This document shows, one piece after another, positions 19,238 through 28,624 of a DNA stretch of 59,678 nucleotides. This DNA comes from Spirochaetota bacterium. GTDB lineage: Bacteria > Spirochaetota > Spirochaetia > JABEVK01. The stretch is taken from contig JAIFLN010000017.1 of NCBI GenBank assembly GCA_020049045.1, positions 1 to 59,678 on the forward strand. The letters run 5' to 3'. A program made the translations under genes and the position numbers. The notes under the pieces are model-generated. The model ran no database searches and was not told where the DNA came from. It saw nothing but the letters and a program-made list of their open reading frames with translations. How positions within the stretch are numbered: the first letter of the stretch is position 1; the number at the start of each line of letters is the position of its first letter.

Positions 19238-21101
19238 CTATAGCGTCCCCTGCCAGTAGACCCAATCGTCGTTGTCAGAAAGGTCGTAGACACTGAGTTC
19301 CAGGTATATCTCGGTACCAGCTTCGAGGGGGTGATAATCGAGTTCAATGTCTTCCCAGGTTCGGCCGTCGAACCCCCAGTCTTCGGTCATCTGCATGGTG
19401 CTGGTACCCTCACGAACCTTTGACCGGTTTGAGTTCCGCCAACATGCCGTTGTCGCTTTCTTTGTACAGTGCCGAGGAAAGGACCTCACCCTCGTCGGAA
19501 AAGGTTATGTCCATATACACATAATCGTAGGTGTCGGGGTTGATTTTCCCAGTTTTGAAGTAGGCGAAGGGAATGGAGTAAAGATTGTCTCCTTCTTCGG
19601 TGCTCGACAGGCTCAAGTAGCCGTAGGTCTCAAGTTTTCCTTGGCGCAACTGCAGAACCTGCCCGTCCCAGGAACCTTCCACGAGACCCGAATCGATGTC
19701 GATAGAGGCGGGGGAATCGCCTAAGAAAACGGTGGAATCGTCGGACACAATCCCATAAGAAAACAGGCTGTCGACAACGTTTTTGGCACTCGCCACGTTG
19801 AGGCTGGCGCTGAGGGTAATCGTATCACCTTGAACATCGGACTCGCCTAAGTTTTCGTCGACCAAAAAAACCGGGCCTATTGGCTTGGCATTGGCTGCGG
19901 GCTTAGTGCTGGGTGGTGTCCCGGTGCCATAATAGGAGGCGAGGAAATCACGCCACAGAGAGGGGCCCGCCGTATCGTAGCCGGCGTCATAGAATTTCTT
20001 GCGGTTGGGAAAGTAGATCGAAATACCCGACGAGTTCTTCAAAGGTTTCCCGGCATCTTTGGCAACAACGACTTTACCCAGGGCGGCAATTACGGCGTCC
20101 CGCTGGGGACCGAGCTTGGGATTTTCAACGGCGGCAGCTTTGACAAAGGCGCCGAGGTCGAGCATGTTGGTGTCTTCCTCGGGCTTGCCTGCCTTGCCAT
20201 ACGCCAGGGTACTTCCGGCGCTGCGGCCGAGGGCTGGCGCAAAGTTCACAATTTCCTTTTTGGCACCATCGGTAAAGGCCCCGACGGCTTTTTCAAGGAT
20301 TCCGAAATTGGATAAATCGACGAGGCTGAGTGTGACTTCGTCTTGGTCCCCTTGAGCCGCTGCATGAGCCATGTACCCCTTGAGGATAGCATTGCCGAGG
20401 GCAGCTCCGTCACTGGACGGGTTCTTTTCAAGCGCGGAAAGGCTTCGCCAATCCCAGCCGTGGCCTGGTTCCAACTCCTCGCTGGCCAAGTACCAGGTGG
20501 CAAATTTCTGCAGCTTGGCCATGGCTTCATAGGAGGCCATCAGGCAGGCATCAAAACCGATAATATCCAAGGCACTTAGTTTTGCGGCGCTCAAGCCTCC
20601 ACTCACTCCCTTGCTGATAACCTCAAGGGACAGTCCCGAGTCCGCGGATTCGTCGACGCCGAAGCCCGACCAGCCGCCCCCATGGTCCCAGAAAAACAAG
20701 CCGTAGTGTTCGGCGGGAAATTGGGCTGTCGACTCTTTGATGAAGCGGGTGAGGGTGGCGGGATCACCCATATTGGCCTTACCCCAGTCGGCTAATTCCT
20801 TGTATTTTGTGGTACTGCCGGGGGTAAGAAGTTTGGGGGTTTTCCAGGACTTTATCCCTCCCACGTTGGCTTGGGAATAATTGGACCCACGGTCGGCGAG
20901 TATGACGAGGTTGACGTTTTTCCCGGTACCGGCGCTGAGCATTTCGTTGAGATCGTCTACTGCCGACTCTTCCAGGTCGTTGTCTCCCAGCATGTAAACC
21001 ATGATGGTCCATGGTTTTGTCTCAAGGGCACCAAGGAGGCACAGCGGGGTCAGAGCAAAAAACAACAGGAAAGTGATGAGCTGTTTTGAAAATGTTTTCA
21101 T
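19238..21101 (-). pseudogene. Secreted clostripain-family (C11) cysteine peptidase, frameshifted near the C-terminus (the 563-aa product may still be active)
   Basis: Signal peptide; WTIMVYMLGDNDLE, catalytic His in WDHGGGW, Cys in FDACLMA, ASEELEPG. ORF stops at 19410; the ~57-aa tail (EGTSTMQMTEDWGF...WQGTL) continues in another frame to 19238 and is largely conserved in the left copy. Confidence 0.8.
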
Positions 21102-21514
21102 GACTGTTCTCCTATGTTACTTGAAAGATACTGTACCGGGTGCACTACGGTGACGCCTTGCCGAATTCCGGCCGGATAATGGACTAGATTGCCCGTGACC
21201 AGCCAAGCGCCGGCACTCTGGGCCAGAGCGAGAAAGCGCAGGTCATCGGGGTCGGGACCCTTCAGGGGCCAAGGTCCCGGTTCGTTCAGCATAAGACTGT
21301 TCTCGATAAAATACTCCAGCCAGTAAGGTGGAAACCCGTGCGCCTGAAACTTGGACCGGCCGAAAACCTGACGATATTCCGCGGCCACCGAGGGACACAA
21401 GACCGGCTGGACCAAGCCTTCCAAAACCCAATCCATGACGATTTTTCCCGGCGGACCGTGAGGATTGATTCCGGCCGAGACCAAAACATTGGTATCAAGA
21501 ACCACCAGTCTCAT
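21098..21514 (-). CDS. PIN-family putative toxin
   Basis: MRLVVLDTNVLVSA, DPDDLRFLALA, LVTGN motifs. Confidence 0.9.
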   Translation of the reverse strand: MRLVVLDTNVLVSAGINPHGPPGKIVMDWVLEGLVQPVLCPSVAAEYRQVFGRSKFQAHGFPPYWLEYFIENSLMLNEPGPWPLKGPDPDDLRFLALAQSAGAWLVTGNLVHYPAGIRQGVTVVHPVQYLSSNIGEQS

Positions 21515-21807
21515 GAAGCAGAAGTGTTCCGAAGGCCGCTTCGGGCAAGTTGGATTTCCAGGTTGATCTGTTCGTCCGTCAGGGTATCCAGACCAGCTTC
21601 ACGGGCAAGCCGCCAACTCTCGCGAAGGCTGGCTTTGGCCAGAGTGCGACGCAAGTCCTGGTCCTCAAGGGCGAGATCTCCCACCACTGGCACCAAAAAG
21701 TAGGCCGGTCCATTTTGGCCAGAAAGGAGGATTGTCTCGTCCCTGGGAACAGAAGTCAGCGCCTTGGCACCACGGGTTCGGAATTCGCGTAAAGAAACTT
21801 GCCGCAT
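21511..21807 (-). CDS. Putative antitoxin (Phd/YefM-like N-terminus)
   Basis: MRQVSLREFR start; small gene overlapping the PIN start (ATGA); RBS AGAGGA. Confidence 0.75.
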   Translation of the reverse strand: MRQVSLREFRTRGAKALTSVPRDETILLSGQNGPAYFLVPVVGDLALEDQDLRRTLAKASLRESWRLAREAGLDTLTDEQINLEIQLARSGLRNTSAS

Positions 21808-21827
21808 GTTCATCCTCTTGAGCTGAA

Positions 21828-21856
21828 AGTGTAGTCACTTCGGCTACGGTTGTCAA
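21828..21856 (-). promoter_or_regulatory. Sigma70 promoter of the TA-peptidase operon
   Basis: TTGACA-17-TACACT with an imperfect GTAGYC...GRCTAC inverted repeat across the spacer and -10. Confidence 0.8.
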
Positions 21857-21862
21857 TTTGCT

Positions 21863-22988
21863 TCATTTTTCTTGGAACGAACGGTAGAGCAACAGGTCGT
21901 AGACAATCTTCAAGCCTCCCGCCAGGACCAAGGGAGCCGCCAGCATTCCCGGCACCGCGACAATGAGGCCGCACAACACCGGCGAAATCGCGCTTCCGGT
22001 TGTTCTGGCAATCCCCGTCCAGCCGGCGGCTGCCGAGCGTTCATCGGGGGCAACCACCGCCATGGTGTAGGCTTGTCGGGTGGGCACGTCCATCTGGCTG
22101 ATGCTGAAGCGTACCAGCAGCAGTCCCGACGCCCAGAACAGATCGGGCATAAACGGTACCAGGATCAGCAGAATATTCGACGGGATGTGCGTGAAGACCA
22201 TGGTGCGGATCAGGCCGATCCGCTTGGCAAGCCAGGCCGCCGAAAGAGCCGAAAGCCCTGCCAAAATGTTGGCGGCAAAGAACAGCGAACCCAGTACGAC
22301 CACATCGGCCCCGAAGCGGACATGAAGCCACCAGGCCAGAAGGCTCTGCATCACAAAGCCCCCGGCAAAAGAGTCCAGCGAGAACAAGGCCGACAGTTTC
22401 CAGACGATCTTCCGCGATTGGTGCAGACCGAACCGAGACTGTACCGGGATGGAAGTGGTCTCGACTTCACGGCCCAGGGCCAGGAAGAGGAGGGCTAGCA
22501 AGGCGCCAATGCCAGCGTAAAGTCCGATAAGCCACTGGTAGCTGGTCAGGGGCAAGAGAAATCCGGAAACCAAGGCCCCGGCGGCTTGTCCGATTCTCTT
22601 CGTGCACCAGCTGGGAAACGCTGGCCTGTTCAATGGCCAGAAAGGGGCCGACTTCATTGCCGCTGGGGCTGATGACCCCGATGGCCGCAGCCACCAGCAG
22701 AAGCCAGTAGTTGTCGGTGAGAGCAAAGACCACCCCGGCACCGGCCATCAAAAGGGCGCCCAGGATGAGCATTCTCCGCCGACCGATACGATCGGTGTTC
22801 ACGGTGATCCAGAGAGAAATCAACGTGTCGCCGATCAAGGTGAGGCTCAACAGCAAACCCACCTCACCGGCGCTGAAACCGAGGCTGGTGAGGTACAGAA
22901 CCAGGAACACCGAGATCAGCCCGAACGCGAAGAGGCGCAGAATTCGGGTCAGAAAGAGGAGGAAGACGCTTCGTTCAGCGGAAGGCAC
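21863..22988 (-). pseudogene. MFS transporter, frameshifted near 22588
   Basis: N-half (DRIGRR, SPSGNEVGPF) and C-half (LFSLDSFAGGF, SQMDVPTRQ) are in different frames; a short segment appears missing at the junction. Confidence 0.85.
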
Positions 22989-23436
22989 CGTCGTGCTTCC
23001 CTCGCCGGATCATTTCCTGGCAGTAGGCGTAGAGGGCATCGTAAACAACAGCCTCGGCCGCAATCTGTTCGTGGTCGTCCCGGTATCCCAGGTGGCGAAA
23101 GCCTTCGGCAACCGCATTGAGTCCGGCACTTTCCGGTTGGTTCCACAAGGCGTTGTCGGTGTCGGCCCCGTTCACGATCTTGGCGAGCAAGACCATCGCC
23201 GGATCGGCACCCAGGTTGAACTTCTTTACCATGGCGTCGAAGGAACACTCTAGTCCATGATGGCCCAATTCGACCTCGGGCACGTCGTAGGGTGTGGCAT
23301 TTTCAGCGGCAGCTTGTGGCATCACTTGATCGGCCTCAACGAACAGAAACTCGGCCTTGGTATCGATGAAGCGGCGGATGAGCCAAGGGCAGGCCACTCT
23401 GTCCACTTTGACGTTCTTGCGAGTGATCCATTTCAT
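22975..23436 (-). CDS. chrB: Chromate resistance ChrB-like domain protein
   Basis: MKWITRKNVKVDRVACPWLIRRFID, CSFDA, IVNGADT, YDALY motifs. Confidence 0.88.
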   Translation of the reverse strand: MKWITRKNVKVDRVACPWLIRRFIDTKAEFLFVEADQVMPQAAAENATPYDVPEVELGHHGLECSFDAMVKKFNLGADPAMVLLAKIVNGADTDNALWNQPESAGLNAVAEGFRHLGYRDDHEQIAAEAVVYDALYAYCQEMIRRGKHDGAFR

Positions 23437-23523
23437 ATTGTCCCCCCGCGCGAAGTATAATGCAGAAAGTCTTGCCGGCGGAGAAGTAGCAACGCGTCAG
23501 CCTGATTCCCTAGCCCACCCCTC

Positions 23524-23552
23524 TTGTCCACTCCTGGGAGCAGAGCTACAAT
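23524..23552 (+). promoter_or_regulatory. Sigma70 promoter, probably leaderless
   Basis: TTGTCC-17-TACAAT-6 nt-ATG; no SD sequence. Confidence 0.7.
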
Positions 23553-23558
23553 CACACC

Positions 23559-23999
23559 ATGAACGCCGTGGTCACCAGCAAAGAACAGTTGAGGGACCTT
23601 TGGGTGGATCTCTACGGCTCCGACGGTCGGCCCGACTGGTCGCGCCTGTTGCCCTACTATCATCCCCAGATCCGCTTTCGAGATACCGTCCAGGGGATCC
23701 GGGGAATTGGGAAGTTCACCGCCATGACCGAGCGGTTGTCCCGGCGCTCGGGCCACCTGAAGATGACGGTCCACCACGTTGCCCAGACCGACAATGTCTT
23801 TTTTCTCGAATGGACGCTCACCCTCCGCTTCAACAATCTTCCCGAGTCGGCGATCTGCGGCACAAGCCGGGTGGTCCTGGAACCCGGTGGCAAGATCGCC
23901 GAGCAGCGGGACTACTACGATCTGTGGGGCGATATTTTTGACCATATTCCCGGCTGGGGCCGCCTATACCGGCTTATCCTGTTCCGGCTGTTCGGCTAA
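23559..23999 (+). CDS. SnoaL/NTF2-like protein
   Basis: YYHPQIRFRD and KIAEQRDYYD motifs; 146 aa. Confidence 0.85.
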   Translation: MNAVVTSKEQLRDLWVDLYGSDGRPDWSRLLPYYHPQIRFRDTVQGIRGIGKFTAMTERLSRRSGHLKMTVHHVAQTDNVFFLEWTLTLRFNNLPESAICGTSRVVLEPGGKIAEQRDYYDLWGDIFDHIPGWGRLYRLILFRLFG

Positions 24000-24010
24000 A
24001 GGAGGGCACC

Positions 24011-25018
24011 ATGCCCAAAAAGATTATTGATGACGAGCCCTTCATCCGGACCGTCGAAGCCCTCATCGAACCGGCCGAAGTCAGCCAGCTCTACTTCTTT
24101 CAGAATTTCAAACGGATGTTACCGGCTTCGTGGTTCAAGGCCCTGTTGGCCCGCACCTCCCGCAAGACTCCCTACATGGGCTTCGTGATCGAGCCCTACA
24201 GCCTGTTCCTGTTCTTCAAGATCCAAGACCTTGAAAAGGCCCGTTCCTATCTGCCCGAACGCTACGAACTGAGCCAGGCCCGCATGTTCGAAGGGGATGA
24301 ACCGGATTACTACCTGGGGATGGGGGTCTTTCACGCCCGGGCGAGCGCCTTTTGGGGAACCCGCCACGAATCCTACCTGGTCGCCCGCGACAAAAAGACA
24401 GGGTTGCTTTCCTGGATCTTCATCGACATCTTGAGCGACACCCTGATTGCTGTACCGTCCAAGGGAGTGGCAGACCCAAACTGCACTTCTGCCCTGTTCA
24501 CCACCAACTCGAAGGGCAAGGTCTACCTCGACATCGAAGAGGCCGGGACGGGCCGGCGCTTGAAGCTGACGGCAGACCTCAAGCGGGCTGTGACCCGGAA
24601 GCCCGACGAGACCCTCTGGGTTATGGGGAACACCTCCATTGCCCACAGTAAAGCTCTGGCCGGTGGCCGGGAGGACCCCTTCGCGGTGATCTTTGACCCC
24701 GCCGAGGTCGAGAGTGCCCTGGATGTTCCCCCCGCGGACATCGTGGTGGAAGTGAACACGTTGTTCCCCGGTCTGGCTGGTGCCGAGGTGGTCAAATCCG
24801 CTTGTTTTCCCTTTGCCCAGCATTACATCGCCGACAGCCCCGGCTGCCGGACGGCGGTCAAAGACCCCGACGACATGGTTGAGGCCTACGGGCGCATCGC
24901 GGGGATGGGTCGTTTGACTCCCTTCTCGACAAAAAGCCTCCGGAAGGTCTTCTTTATTGGGATTACTTTCTTCCCGGTTCTGAGTATCATCTTGTTCACC
25001 TTACTTCTGACACGCTGA
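24011..25018 (+). CDS. Uncharacterised tail-anchored protein, paralogue A (possible acetoacetate-decarboxylase-like fold)
   Basis: RBS GGAGGG; full-length similarity to the next gene; hydrophobic C-terminal helix. Confidence 0.85.
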   Translation: MPKKIIDDEPFIRTVEALIEPAEVSQLYFFQNFKRMLPASWFKALLARTSRKTPYMGFVIEPYSLFLFFKIQDLEKARSYLPERYELSQARMFEGDEPDYYLGMGVFHARASAFWGTRHESYLVARDKKTGLLSWIFIDILSDTLIAVPSKGVADPNCTSALFTTNSKGKVYLDIEEAGTGRRLKLTADLKRAVTRKPDETLWVMGNTSIAHSKALAGGREDPFAVIFDPAEVESALDVPPADIVVEVNTLFPGLAGAEVVKSACFPFAQHYIADSPGCRTAVKDPDDMVEAYGRIAGMGRLTPFSTKSLRKVFFIGITFFPVLSIILFTLLLTR

Positions 25019-25030
25019 CACGGGGGCATC

Positions 25031-26047
25031 ATGGACCAGGACGAAAACAGGAACTTCATCGCTAGGACCGAAGCACTGGTGAAGCCTCAGGACGTCACTA
25101 CCATCAGCTTCCTGGGGGACTTCAACCGCTTTCTCCCCCTGAAGATCCAAGACAAGATCATGCGCAAGGGCAGCCTGACCATCCCCTACATGGGCTTCAT
25201 CGTCGATCCCTACTGTTTCTTTCTGGCCTATAGGATCACCGACCCGGACAAGGCCCAGGCGGCCCTGCCTCCTGGGTACGAGCTGGTCGACACCAGCCTT
25301 TTTGCTGGGGAGACGCCCTGTCCCCTGGTCATTGCCGGGGCCTTTTCGGTGAGGACCTCAGCCTTCATCGGAAACCGGATAGAGTTCTACCTCATCGCCC
25401 GGAACAAAGGTACTGGTATGGTCTCGTGGATCATCGTCGACTACGAAACCAATACCAACAACTACGAGCCCAAAAACGGTTTCGGCGGGTACACTGCCGA
25501 TCCGGCTGTGTTCACCACGACGCCCTATGGGGAACTTCTAGTTGACTTTGTGGGAAAGTCCCCCGACCGACGGCTGAGTTTCACGGCCAGGCTGGAGCCC
25601 GCCCCTTGGAGGGATTTGAACGCCGAGCTTTGGGTCGAGGGCAACCTTTCGATCGATTACGGTGGAGATCTCAGGGTGTCCTCATCCCAGCCCTTCAGTC
25701 TCATTTTCGATCCCGTCCTGATGCAGAAGGCCCAGGAAGTCCCCCTTCAAAACGTGGTGATTACCGGAAACACGTACCTGCCAGGGTTCTTCGACCCGGC
25801 ACAGCCTGTGTCGGCGGCCGTCTTCCCCTACAGCCAGCACTTCATCATCAAGCAGGATCTGGTGGCTGGCGCTGTCAGCGATCGTGATGGCCTCTTGCAT
25901 CTGGCTGGCGAGTTTCTTGGTCGCACGGGATTCAAAACCATGAGCGGGGACGACATCAAGAAGCCCCTGTTCCGGGGGATGTTGATCTCGTCGGCAGTGA
26001 CCTACACCCTCATCGTGATCCTGCTTCTCAAAGTGCTCTTCGGATAG
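25031..26047 (+). CDS. Uncharacterised tail-anchored protein, paralogue B
   Basis: Shares PYMGF..PY, SAF.G.R.E.YL.AR, LWV.GN.SI, IFDP, FP..QH with paralogue A; C-terminal TM helix. Confidence 0.85.
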   Translation: MDQDENRNFIARTEALVKPQDVTTISFLGDFNRFLPLKIQDKIMRKGSLTIPYMGFIVDPYCFFLAYRITDPDKAQAALPPGYELVDTSLFAGETPCPLVIAGAFSVRTSAFIGNRIEFYLIARNKGTGMVSWIIVDYETNTNNYEPKNGFGGYTADPAVFTTTPYGELLVDFVGKSPDRRLSFTARLEPAPWRDLNAELWVEGNLSIDYGGDLRVSSSQPFSLIFDPVLMQKAQEVPLQNVVITGNTYLPGFFDPAQPVSAAVFPYSQHFIIKQDLVAGAVSDRDGLLHLAGEFLGRTGFKTMSGDDIKKPLFRGMLISSAVTYTLIVILLLKVLFG

Positions 26048-27626
26048 CCTCGGCCGCCACTCGTCCGGTTAGCAGGGCAATGGGAACCCCGGCCGGGCTG
26101 TAGGTCCACTGGCCGGCCTGGTAAATTCCCTTCACATCTGTTCGGGGGGCATGGTGAAGGCTGGTCAGCTGCCGAGGCACGGGGATGGGGTGCTCCAAGC
26201 TCCATCCTGTGATGGCCCCTTGGCTGGTCCCGAACCGGCGTGACAGGGTTAGGGGAGTGGCGCTGTCGGCGAACAGCAAGCGCGACCGCAGGTCCGGGTA
26301 CAGGCTCGACTCCAGGGTATCAAGCATGGCGTCGGTCAGAGCCTGACGGAAGAGAGCCGACCAACCCGCCTGATCGACCTGTTCGAAGAGCTCGCCGTCG
26401 ATGAGCAGACTAACCACCAGGCCCGTCCGGCCCGAGGGAGCCAGACGGGGGTCCTTGAGCACCGGAAGAGAGATTTCGTAGGAGTTGTACCGACAGAAGT
26501 CCCCGACCCAGGCCAGGATCTCCTGTTGGCTCAACTTGTCGAAGCCGGCCTTGAGGCTCTCCAGGGTTCCCCGGTGAAGCTCTCCTAGACCTTTGGTTCG
26601 AGGGGTGTAGATCAAGTGCCCCCGGGAAAGGGCAGCGAAGGCTTCGGGGGGCTGGTCGACGCCCAGGAAGAGGGTGAACACCGATTCGCCCACCTTCAGC
26701 GGCAAAAGAGCTTCCCGCCTCCGGGCCAGCCTTCGCCCCGGGCCCGGAGCTAATCCCTGGGGATTGAGGCGGCGATAGAGGCTTTTCAGGTCGGCCGCCC
26801 ACAGCAAAGCATCGTAAGGGTAGGTGGCCCCGTGCTGATCGCGCAGGGTCTTGGCCGCCGGATCAACCTGGACGACCTCGATGCCGGTGCGGATTTGGCC
26901 ACCTGTCGCTGTGACCCGCTCAGCCAAAGCCCGGGGCAGTTGTCCCGTTCCTCCTAGGGGGTAGAGGTAGTCTTGAAAGTTTTCAAAATACCCGAAGGCG
27001 AAGGGTGCCGGAGTTCCTTTGAAGTAATGCTGGCTGACCAGGTCGTTCAGGGCTTGGTTCCTCGAAAAAGCAGCCAGATCGGCCTCAATGGACCGGTGGC
27101 TCAAAGCCATCCGCACGACGCCCGCCAGAAAGCGGGGCATCAGGGGGAGGAACCGGGTGAGAAAGAACCCCGGGTCTGCGAAGACATTCCGGAAAAAGGG
27201 ATTAGGTACCTGGTTAAGGGTTTGCGATACCCGCGACCAAGAGCGGATTCGGCGGGAGATCTTGCCGATCGCCCGGCCTTCCTCTGGAAAGAGCTTGTGC
27301 AGAGAGGCGATAAAGTCTTCAACCCCTGCAGGTGTGTCGTAGTGGACGATTTGATCCTTGATGCCCGTCGATACCAACCCCTTCACCATCGGCAACTCGA
27401 TGCCCAGGTCTTCCAGAAGGGGCTTGAGGATTCCGGCGTTGCCGATGGCCCGGGGCCCAGTATCAAAGACAAAGCCTTCTCGGTTGAAGGATTGCACCAG
27501 GCCCCCCACGCCCGGGGATTGCTCGAGGATCAGGACTTCCAGACCGGCGCGCAAAAGGTAAACCCCGGCGGTCAGCCCCGCCATACCCGCCCCGACGATA
27601 ATCACGCGCTTTTGACGGGGGGTCAT
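26028..27626 (-). CDS. FAD-dependent oxidoreductase, phytoene desaturase/RetSat superfamily
   Basis: IIVGAGMAGL, VGGLVQSFNREGFVFDTG, YPLGG, ATPLT, GAITGW, AGQW motifs; ATGA overlap with the SDR. Confidence 0.88.
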   Translation of the reverse strand: MTPRQKRVIIVGAGMAGLTAGVYLLRAGLEVLILEQSPGVGGLVQSFNREGFVFDTGPRAIGNAGILKPLLEDLGIELPMVKGLVSTGIKDQIVHYDTPAGVEDFIASLHKLFPEEGRAIGKISRRIRSWSRVSQTLNQVPNPFFRNVFADPGFFLTRFLPLMPRFLAGVVRMALSHRSIEADLAAFSRNQALNDLVSQHYFKGTPAPFAFGYFENFQDYLYPLGGTGQLPRALAERVTATGGQIRTGIEVVQVDPAAKTLRDQHGATYPYDALLWAADLKSLYRRLNPQGLAPGPGRRLARRREALLPLKVGESVFTLFLGVDQPPEAFAALSRGHLIYTPRTKGLGELHRGTLESLKAGFDKLSQQEILAWVGDFCRYNSYEISLPVLKDPRLAPSGRTGLVVSLLIDGELFEQVDQAGWSALFRQALTDAMLDTLESSLYPDLRSRLLFADSATPLTLSRRFGTSQGAITGWSLEHPIPVPRQLTSLHHAPRTDVKGIYQAGQWTYSPAGVPIALLTGRVAAEAIRRAL

Positions 27627-28570
27627 GGCAGGCCGCAGAGTTCCATACTCTTGTTCCAGACGGCGGCTACGGCGCCACGGTCCCGGGCGTGGGGGGCCGG
27701 ACGCTCCTGGGTCGTCAGGTTGAAGAACTGTCCCGAGACGGTGGCCAGCGACGGGTCGGCAGCCAGGTACAGGAGGGCCTGGGCGGAGATCCGAGGATCC
27801 TTGGCCGAAGAGAGGACCAGTTTCTTTTTCATATCGCGGTAGAGCTTCCCGTTGTTGTTCCCAATGTTGGTGGTGACGTTCCCCGGGTGCATGGCGTTGA
27901 TCGTCACCCCGGTGCCGGCGAACTGGTCCTGGAAGGCAAGCATGGTGAGCAGCTGGGCCGTCTTGGCCGCTCCATAGCTTTTTAGTCCCGTGTAGCGGTG
28001 CCAATGCCAGCGCAGGTCGCGGGTGTGGACCCCGGCCAGGGCAAACCGGTGCCCCTCGGAGTTGACGTAGAGGATCCGAGCCCGGTTTTCCTTGACCAGT
28101 CGAGGCAGCAGGAGCTGGGTGAGCAGGAACGAGCCAAGGTGGTTGACCTGGAAAACCATTTCAATGCCGTCGGAGGTGAAGGTTCTTTTGGTGTAGAAGA
28201 CCCCGGCGTTGTGAATGAGCACGTCAATCGGGGTTTCGAGGGCCAACAGCTGCCGGGCGCATTCCCGAACCTGCCCGAGGGACGAGAAGTCGACCAGGAT
28301 GGTCTGTACTTGGCAGCCGTAGTCCCGGGCGAGCTCGCGTTCCTGTTCGGCCGACTTGGCTGGATCGCGGTTGAGGCAGACCAACCGGGCCCCCCGTGAG
28401 GCAAAAAGCCGGGCGGTTTCCAGTCCGATCCCCGAGGTCGAACCTGAAAGCACTACCGTCTTTCCTTTTAGGTCCGCTTCGCAGTCCAAAGGATCCCGGC
28501 CTTCGTTTCGGATCAGTTCGGCCATGTCGCGGATCCGGTAATGGAACAGGTAGCCTAGCAGTCGAATCAT
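27623..28570 (-). CDS. Short-chain dehydrogenase, retinol-dehydrogenase/WWOX-like
   Basis: SGSTSGIG, HNAG, FQVNHLG, YGAAK, HPGNV motifs. Confidence 0.92.
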   Translation of the reverse strand: MIRLLGYLFHYRIRDMAELIRNEGRDPLDCEADLKGKTVVLSGSTSGIGLETARLFASRGARLVCLNRDPAKSAEQERELARDYGCQVQTILVDFSSLGQVRECARQLLALETPIDVLIHNAGVFYTKRTFTSDGIEMVFQVNHLGSFLLTQLLLPRLVKENRARILYVNSEGHRFALAGVHTRDLRWHWHRYTGLKSYGAAKTAQLLTMLAFQDQFAGTGVTINAMHPGNVTTNIGNNNGKLYRDMKKKLVLSSAKDPRISAQALLYLAADPSLATVSGQFFNLTTQERPAPHARDRGAVAAVWNKSMELCGLP

Positions 28571-28588
28571 GGTGCCTTCCTGTCGGTG

Positions 28589-28617
28589 AGGATAGGGGCG
28601 GGCTCCCCTGGTGTCAA
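28589..28617 (-). promoter_or_regulatory. Sigma70 promoter of the SDR-oxidoreductase operon
   Basis: TTGACA-17-TATCCT, then RBS AGGAAGG. Confidence 0.72.
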
Positions 28618-28624
28618 GTTTAGC

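Larger units (their letters stand above)
19236..21855. repeat. Full-length (2620 bp) copy of the promoter-TA-clostripain cassette
   Basis: Homologous to 116-1220; shared boundaries at the peptidase stop codon and the -35 box. Confidence 0.95.

Noticed and set aside
19400-19425. Programmed frameshift or readthrough in the peptidase
   Set aside because: No slippery heptamer or homopolymer; the tail is in another frame, so readthrough would not reach it.
26028-28004. 658-aa ORF as an SDR-desaturase fusion
   Set aside because: The first 126 aa are an alternate frame of the SDR; the Rossmann motif begins after ATG 27626.
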